DNA of 64,000 nucleotides from a virus (lineage: Duplodnaviria; Heunggongvirae; Uroviricota; Caudoviricetes): the IMG/VR virus record IMGVR_UViG_3300042398_001452. One strand, written 5' to 3'. A program made the position numbers and the translations under genes. Under the pieces are notes generated by a model that did no database searches, was not told where the DNA came from, and was given only the letters and a program-made list of their open reading frames with translations. This document shows positions 60,305 through 64,000 of this stretch, in pieces. Within the stretch, counting starts at the first letter, position 1, and every line of letters starts with the position of its first letter.

Positions 60305-60624
60305 CAAGAAAATTTAAATTTTATAAGGAAGATGATAATAGATGGTTTGTAGATCTACCTGAATGGGAAGGTGAAAAAGACGATCTTGAAATGGTTCTAG
60401 GAGCAGATACTCTTTTAGAGATATTATCCGGAGAATCTGACTATTGCTTTGTCACTTTTTCTGATGAACCATTTGAAGATTCTAAGATACTTTCTTATGA
60501 TCATAATGAATCTACACAAGGATATTATAACAATGACGCATGGCACGGACCATCTACAATCTGGCTCTGTTACGTTACAGAATTTGTATTTGGTAAATAT
60601 CCAGAAAAGATCTACTATAAATAG
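60301..60624 (+). CDS. hypothetical protein (107 aa)
   Basis: Track ORF with ATGA overlap. Confidence 0.55.
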   Translation: MTRKFKFYKEDDNRWFVDLPEWEGEKDDLEMVLGADTLLEILSGESDYCFVTFSDEPFEDSKILSYDHNESTQGYYNNDAWHGPSTIWLCYVTEFVFGKYPEKIYYK

Positions 60625-60679
60625 ATAATTCCATATCAATTTTTCATCACAGGGGGATATATAAAAGAAAATATTCTCA

Positions 60680-62305
60680 GTGAAATATAGTTTAAGAATA
60701 AAAATCACACTAGCCATTGCTTCTATCCTAATGATTTGTTATATGTGTGTTAAAATTGCGGTTCTTGCTGAATTACGAGAATCTACAGAAACTACTAGAT
60801 GGATAGAATTTTTTGGCGTTATTTCGTTAATTCCTATATCAATCCTGTTAATCAAAGACTTTATTAATTCTACTAAAGATTCAGTATCTAAAGATTCTGT
60901 GAATAAGATGATTGAACTTGAGAATTTTTTAGATTCATCTGCTATTATTTCTAAAGCTGATAAAAACGGAAAGATAACTTATGTGAATAATAAATTTACG
61001 GAAGTCTCTGGTTATTCATTAGAAGATGTAATTGGTAAAGATCATAATATCGTAAACAGTGGAACACATCCGAAAGAATTCTGGACAGACATGTATCGTA
61101 CTGTTGTTAAAGAAAGAAAGATCTGGAACTCTGTATGTACTAATCGCACAAAAGATGGTTCTTTATACTATGTAGATACATTCATTAAATGTGAGTTTGA
61201 CGAAAAAGGCAATCTTCAGGGGTTTATGTCAATACGTCAAGACGTAACAGAGATAAAAAGAAAAGAGATAGAGATATCTAATAGAATGAATGCTATTAAC
61301 AGATCAAATGCTGTTATTGAATTTGATTTAGAGGGCAATATAAGATTTGCAAACGATTCATTTCTAAATGTATTAGGATATTCGCAGGAAGAAATCGTAG
61401 GGAAGCATCATAGTATATTTATTGAAGATGATGTAAAAGCGACTGATGAATATCATAATTTTTGGAAAACTTTAGGTAAAGGCGAATTCTTCAGTGGTGA
61501 AATCACAAGAAAGAAAAAAGACGGTACGTTAATTTATCTACAAGCAACATATAACCCTATCATAGGACCCGATGGAAAACCATATCGAGTAATGAAAATT
61601 GCTACTGATATTACTGAAAGTTATAATCAACAGAAAGAGATAGAAAAGAAAAATACATATCTTGAGCATGCTGCTAAAATACTTAGACACGATATGCACA
61701 GTGGAATTAACACATATATGCCTAGAGGTCTAAGCTCTTTAGATAGAAGATTATCAGAAGAACAAATAAAGGAACTTAAAATTGAAGCTCCTATTAAAAT
61801 GATTAAGGAAGGCCTTCGACACACACAAAAAGTTTATAAAGGGGTTTATGAGTTTACAAATCTTGTAAAGAAAGACGTAGTTCTCAATAGAGAAAAATGT
61901 AATCTAAAAAATATTCTTGAAGACTACTTATCAGCAACTGCATATAGACCGCAGGTTGATTTAGGAGATTTGGGAGAATTAAGCGTTAATGAGGCTCTTT
62001 TTTGTACTGCATTAGATAATTTAATAAGAAACGGATTAAAATACAATGACAGTAATAATAAGATAGTAAAAATATACAGAATAGATGATATATTATATGT
62101 AGAAGATAACGGTAGAGGATTAAGCTCTGAGGAGTTTAAATTACTTTCCCAACCATATACTCGTAAGGAAGGGCAGAAAGAATCTGGTACTGGATTAGGA
62201 TTAAATATATGTATAGCAATATTAGAGGAACACGGATTTAGTGTCTCATGTGATAGACTTCCTGAAATTGGAAGCCAAATAAAAATAAATTTAAAAAATG
62301 ATTGA
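60680..62305 (+). CDS. sensor histidine kinase with N-terminal TM anchor, two PAS domains, HisKA and HATPase_c, 541 aa
   Basis: Two PAS-like segments (GKITYVNNKFTEVSGYSLEDVIGKDHNIV...; GNIRFANDSFLNVLGYSQEEIVGKHHSIF...), H-box LRHDMHSGIN, and ATPase motifs LIRNGLKYN / VEDNGRGL / GTGLGLNI. Confidence 0.8.
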   Translation: MKYSLRIKITLAIASILMICYMCVKIAVLAELRESTETTRWIEFFGVISLIPISILLIKDFINSTKDSVSKDSVNKMIELENFLDSSAIISKADKNGKITYVNNKFTEVSGYSLEDVIGKDHNIVNSGTHPKEFWTDMYRTVVKERKIWNSVCTNRTKDGSLYYVDTFIKCEFDEKGNLQGFMSIRQDVTEIKRKEIEISNRMNAINRSNAVIEFDLEGNIRFANDSFLNVLGYSQEEIVGKHHSIFIEDDVKATDEYHNFWKTLGKGEFFSGEITRKKKDGTLIYLQATYNPIIGPDGKPYRVMKIATDITESYNQQKEIEKKNTYLEHAAKILRHDMHSGINTYMPRGLSSLDRRLSEEQIKELKIEAPIKMIKEGLRHTQKVYKGVYEFTNLVKKDVVLNREKCNLKNILEDYLSATAYRPQVDLGDLGELSVNEALFCTALDNLIRNGLKYNDSNNKIVKIYRIDDILYVEDNGRGLSSEEFKLLSQPYTRKEGQKESGTGLGLNICIAILEEHGFSVSCDRLPEIGSQIKINLKND

Positions 62306-62729
62306 TTCGATTTTATTAGTGGATGATGAGAGTTTATTTCATCTTGTATTTGAAGACGCTTGTAGTCTTTTAGATATCTCGCTTTCTTTAGAAAGTCTTG
62401 ATAGCTCAGACCAAGCTGCTAAACTTTTTGAGGGGTTTCAAAAAGATCCTGACGGTAAGCCAGAGTGTGTATTCGTAGATCTAAATATAATTGGTTCTTC
62501 TTATGATGGTATTGAATTAATACGTAAGATCAATTTTGAATATGGTAATAATGTTGTAATCGGTATAATATCCTCATCTAATGAACCAGAAGAACAAGCT
62601 AAAGCGGTTAAAGCTGGTGCTCAATTTTGGATTATAAAATCTGATGATATCGAGCCAAGATTGGAGGATTTTAAAAATGATTTTCCAGGATACAAAAATA
62701 GAACAAATCCTTTTAAGATCTATAAATAA
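62298..62729 (+). CDS. stand-alone response-regulator receiver (REC) domain protein, 143 aa
   Basis: LLVDDE, phospho-acceptor context VFVDLNI, and conserved K in AVKAGA. Overlaps the kinase stop and is co-oriented. Confidence 0.65.
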   Translation: MIDSILLVDDESLFHLVFEDACSLLDISLSLESLDSSDQAAKLFEGFQKDPDGKPECVFVDLNIIGSSYDGIELIRKINFEYGNNVVIGIISSSNEPEEQAKAVKAGAQFWIIKSDDIEPRLEDFKNDFPGYKNRTNPFKIYK

Positions 62730-63301
62730 TGAAGATAGAAAAATCAGTTAGGGATTGCTTATTAGAAATTCAAAAAACGAAGAGAATAAGCTTAGAGGGT
62801 AATATACTGAAGATAATTGAGGCTGATGAGGAGGATACTGAATTTAAAAATTATCTCACTAGCTCCATAGAAAAAGATAAAGAAGGTAGAAGGAAAAGAC
62901 TTGAGATAACTAAGCAAGTACAGGAAAGAAATAAAGAATTGCAAGCTTCAGAAGAGGAAAATATAAGAATAAACGAAGAACTAAAGATTGCATTAGAGGA
63001 AGCTGAAATCGCTAAAAATGAAGCACTAGAAGCAAAAGATATTGCATTGAATGATTTAGATGTAATACAAAAAAAATCTCAAACTGAACTTATAGGAACT
63101 ATAGTAAAGGTTGCTCTTCTTGTTATTATCAGTGTTGGTGTTATCACTACTATTATGTATGCAATTGCAATGATGACAGGGAAAGATACTCAGATAATAG
63201 GATCTACGTGGAGTAATATGTTCGGGATACTCCTAACCAACGCATTCTCTATAGTTGGTACTATCATGGGGGTTAAATACGCTAGCGAAAAAAAGGAATG
63301 A
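62729..63301 (+). CDS. coiled-coil protein with C-terminal transmembrane anchor (190 aa)
   Basis: Track ORF with Glu/Lys-rich heptads, then IGTIVKVALLVIISVGVITTIMYAIAMM. Confidence 0.55.
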   Translation: MKIEKSVRDCLLEIQKTKRISLEGNILKIIEADEEDTEFKNYLTSSIEKDKEGRRKRLEITKQVQERNKELQASEEENIRINEELKIALEEAEIAKNEALEAKDIALNDLDVIQKKSQTELIGTIVKVALLVIISVGVITTIMYAIAMMTGKDTQIIGSTWSNMFGILLTNAFSIVGTIMGVKYASEKKE

Positions 63302-63369
63302 CAAAAAAAGAGAGCCAGGATGGTTGCGATTCTCCTGACTCTCGATGATACTTGCGTAACATCACGGTC

Positions 63370-63855
63370 CTAAGCCGTGTAAGATCTTAATTTTCTTTGT
63401 TTCTGTATTCTATTATATCTTAATAATTCATGTAAATGAAACAAACAAAGAATAGTTATTGCAAATATTTCAGCATATAATATACTATGGAATAAAAATA
63501 ATATAGAAGCGGAATAAGGTACTATCGCCCAGTTTATTTTTTTGTTTAATAAAATTGGATAAAAATTAAACAAAAAGAAACCTATAGCAAATATATTATG
63601 TAGGTTTTCGTTGGTATTAAAAGAGAATGCAGTCAAAAGCAATAGCATTACTGCAGGAATTCTCCATCTATTTAGAGAGAATAGAAAATATGATGTTGAA
63701 GCATTTACTATTATAAACATTGGTTGCATAGATGTAATCCAATAAGAAGATATAGATGGAAGTTCTCCTATTGATCCTATGTATATAAAAGGAGCTATAG
63801 CTGCCATTAAAATTACAAGAAACCTTAGAATGAAATCTTTCCGATTATTGAACAT
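63370..63855 (-). CDS. polytopic membrane protein (161 aa)
   Basis: Track ORF on the minus strand with 4-5 hydrophobic helices. Confidence 0.55.
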   Translation of the reverse strand: MFNNRKDFILRFLVILMAAIAPFIYIGSIGELPSISSYWITSMQPMFIIVNASTSYFLFSLNRWRIPAVMLLLLTAFSFNTNENLHNIFAIGFFLFNFYPILLNKKINWAIVPYSASILFLFHSILYAEIFAITILCLFHLHELLRYNRIQKQRKLRSYTA

Positions 63856-63882
63856 ATAATATGTATTCGATATGGCTAGAAA

Positions 63883-64000
63883 AAAAATAGAAATCGTCGG
63901 GGAATATGAGGAAGATATTTCTACTTTAACGGGTAAAAGAAAAATTCTATTTAATAATATGAGAAAACTACACCCTAAAGGAAATGAAAAAGCACAAATG
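63883..64000 (+). CDS. 5' part of an ORF running off the window end (MARKKIEIVGEYEEDIS...)
   Basis: Open frame from ATG 63883 to the window edge. Confidence 0.3.

Noticed and set aside
63301-63345. Imperfect inverted repeat GAGAGCCAGGA..TCCTGACTCTC between convergent genes as a bidirectional terminator
   Set aside because: Stem has mismatches and a long loop with no flanking T/A runs. Not comparable to the clear terminators elsewhere.
1-64000. Whole window as bacterial chromosome or plasmid rather than phage
   Set aside because: Small co-oriented genes with overlapping stops/starts, no ribosomal, metabolic or housekeeping operons, phage-typical genes (Dda helicase, HNH homing endonuclease, sigma factors, ClpP-like protease, CHAP hydrolase), and highly repetitive early promoters all argue for a large virulent phage. 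Absence of structural genes means only part of the genome is in view.

Overview
This window is AT-rich and gene-dense (about 125 ORFs), consistent with part of a large virulent bacteriophage genome, probably infecting a low-GC Bacteroidetes-type host. No terminase, portal, capsid or tail genes are recognisable. Region 1-18.4 kb is a same-strand block of about 40 small early-type genes built from repeated cassettes: a conserved about 45-nt promoter-like motif (AATCATTTTTTT..TAGAAAATTCTATATATTAGCTATG, more than 30 copies), the gene, a rho-independent terminator, and a CTGGGGAACCCCAGG-type palindrome (about 26 copies with compensatory substitutions). Six GC-rich hairpin elements with GCGTACGTGCG cores and a four-member paralogous gene family also sit in this block. 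Region 18.4-19.1 kb is a gene-free stretch carrying GGCCC/GGGCC motif clusters and a 45-nt direct repeat, a candidate genome terminus, origin or packaging site. From 19 to 64 kb the recognisable genes are two sigma-70 factors, a tmRNA, a tRNA-like element, a Dda/RecD-like helicase, a ClpP-like protease, an HNH homing endonuclease, a metallophosphatase, a SAM decarboxylase plus a deoxyhypusine-synthase-like enzyme (polyamine pair), an HD-domain (p)ppGpp-hydrolase-like protein, a GGCT-like protein, an SPFH protein, a CHAP hydrolase and a PAS histidine kinase with a receiver protein. The most striking signal is a conserved N-terminal decapeptide (consensus MKHIKLFE-F) on 17 otherwise unrelated proteins, several of which also share a C-terminal ...GSILSRF module. 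This pattern suggests a hypervariable set of capsid-targeted, possibly injected proteins.
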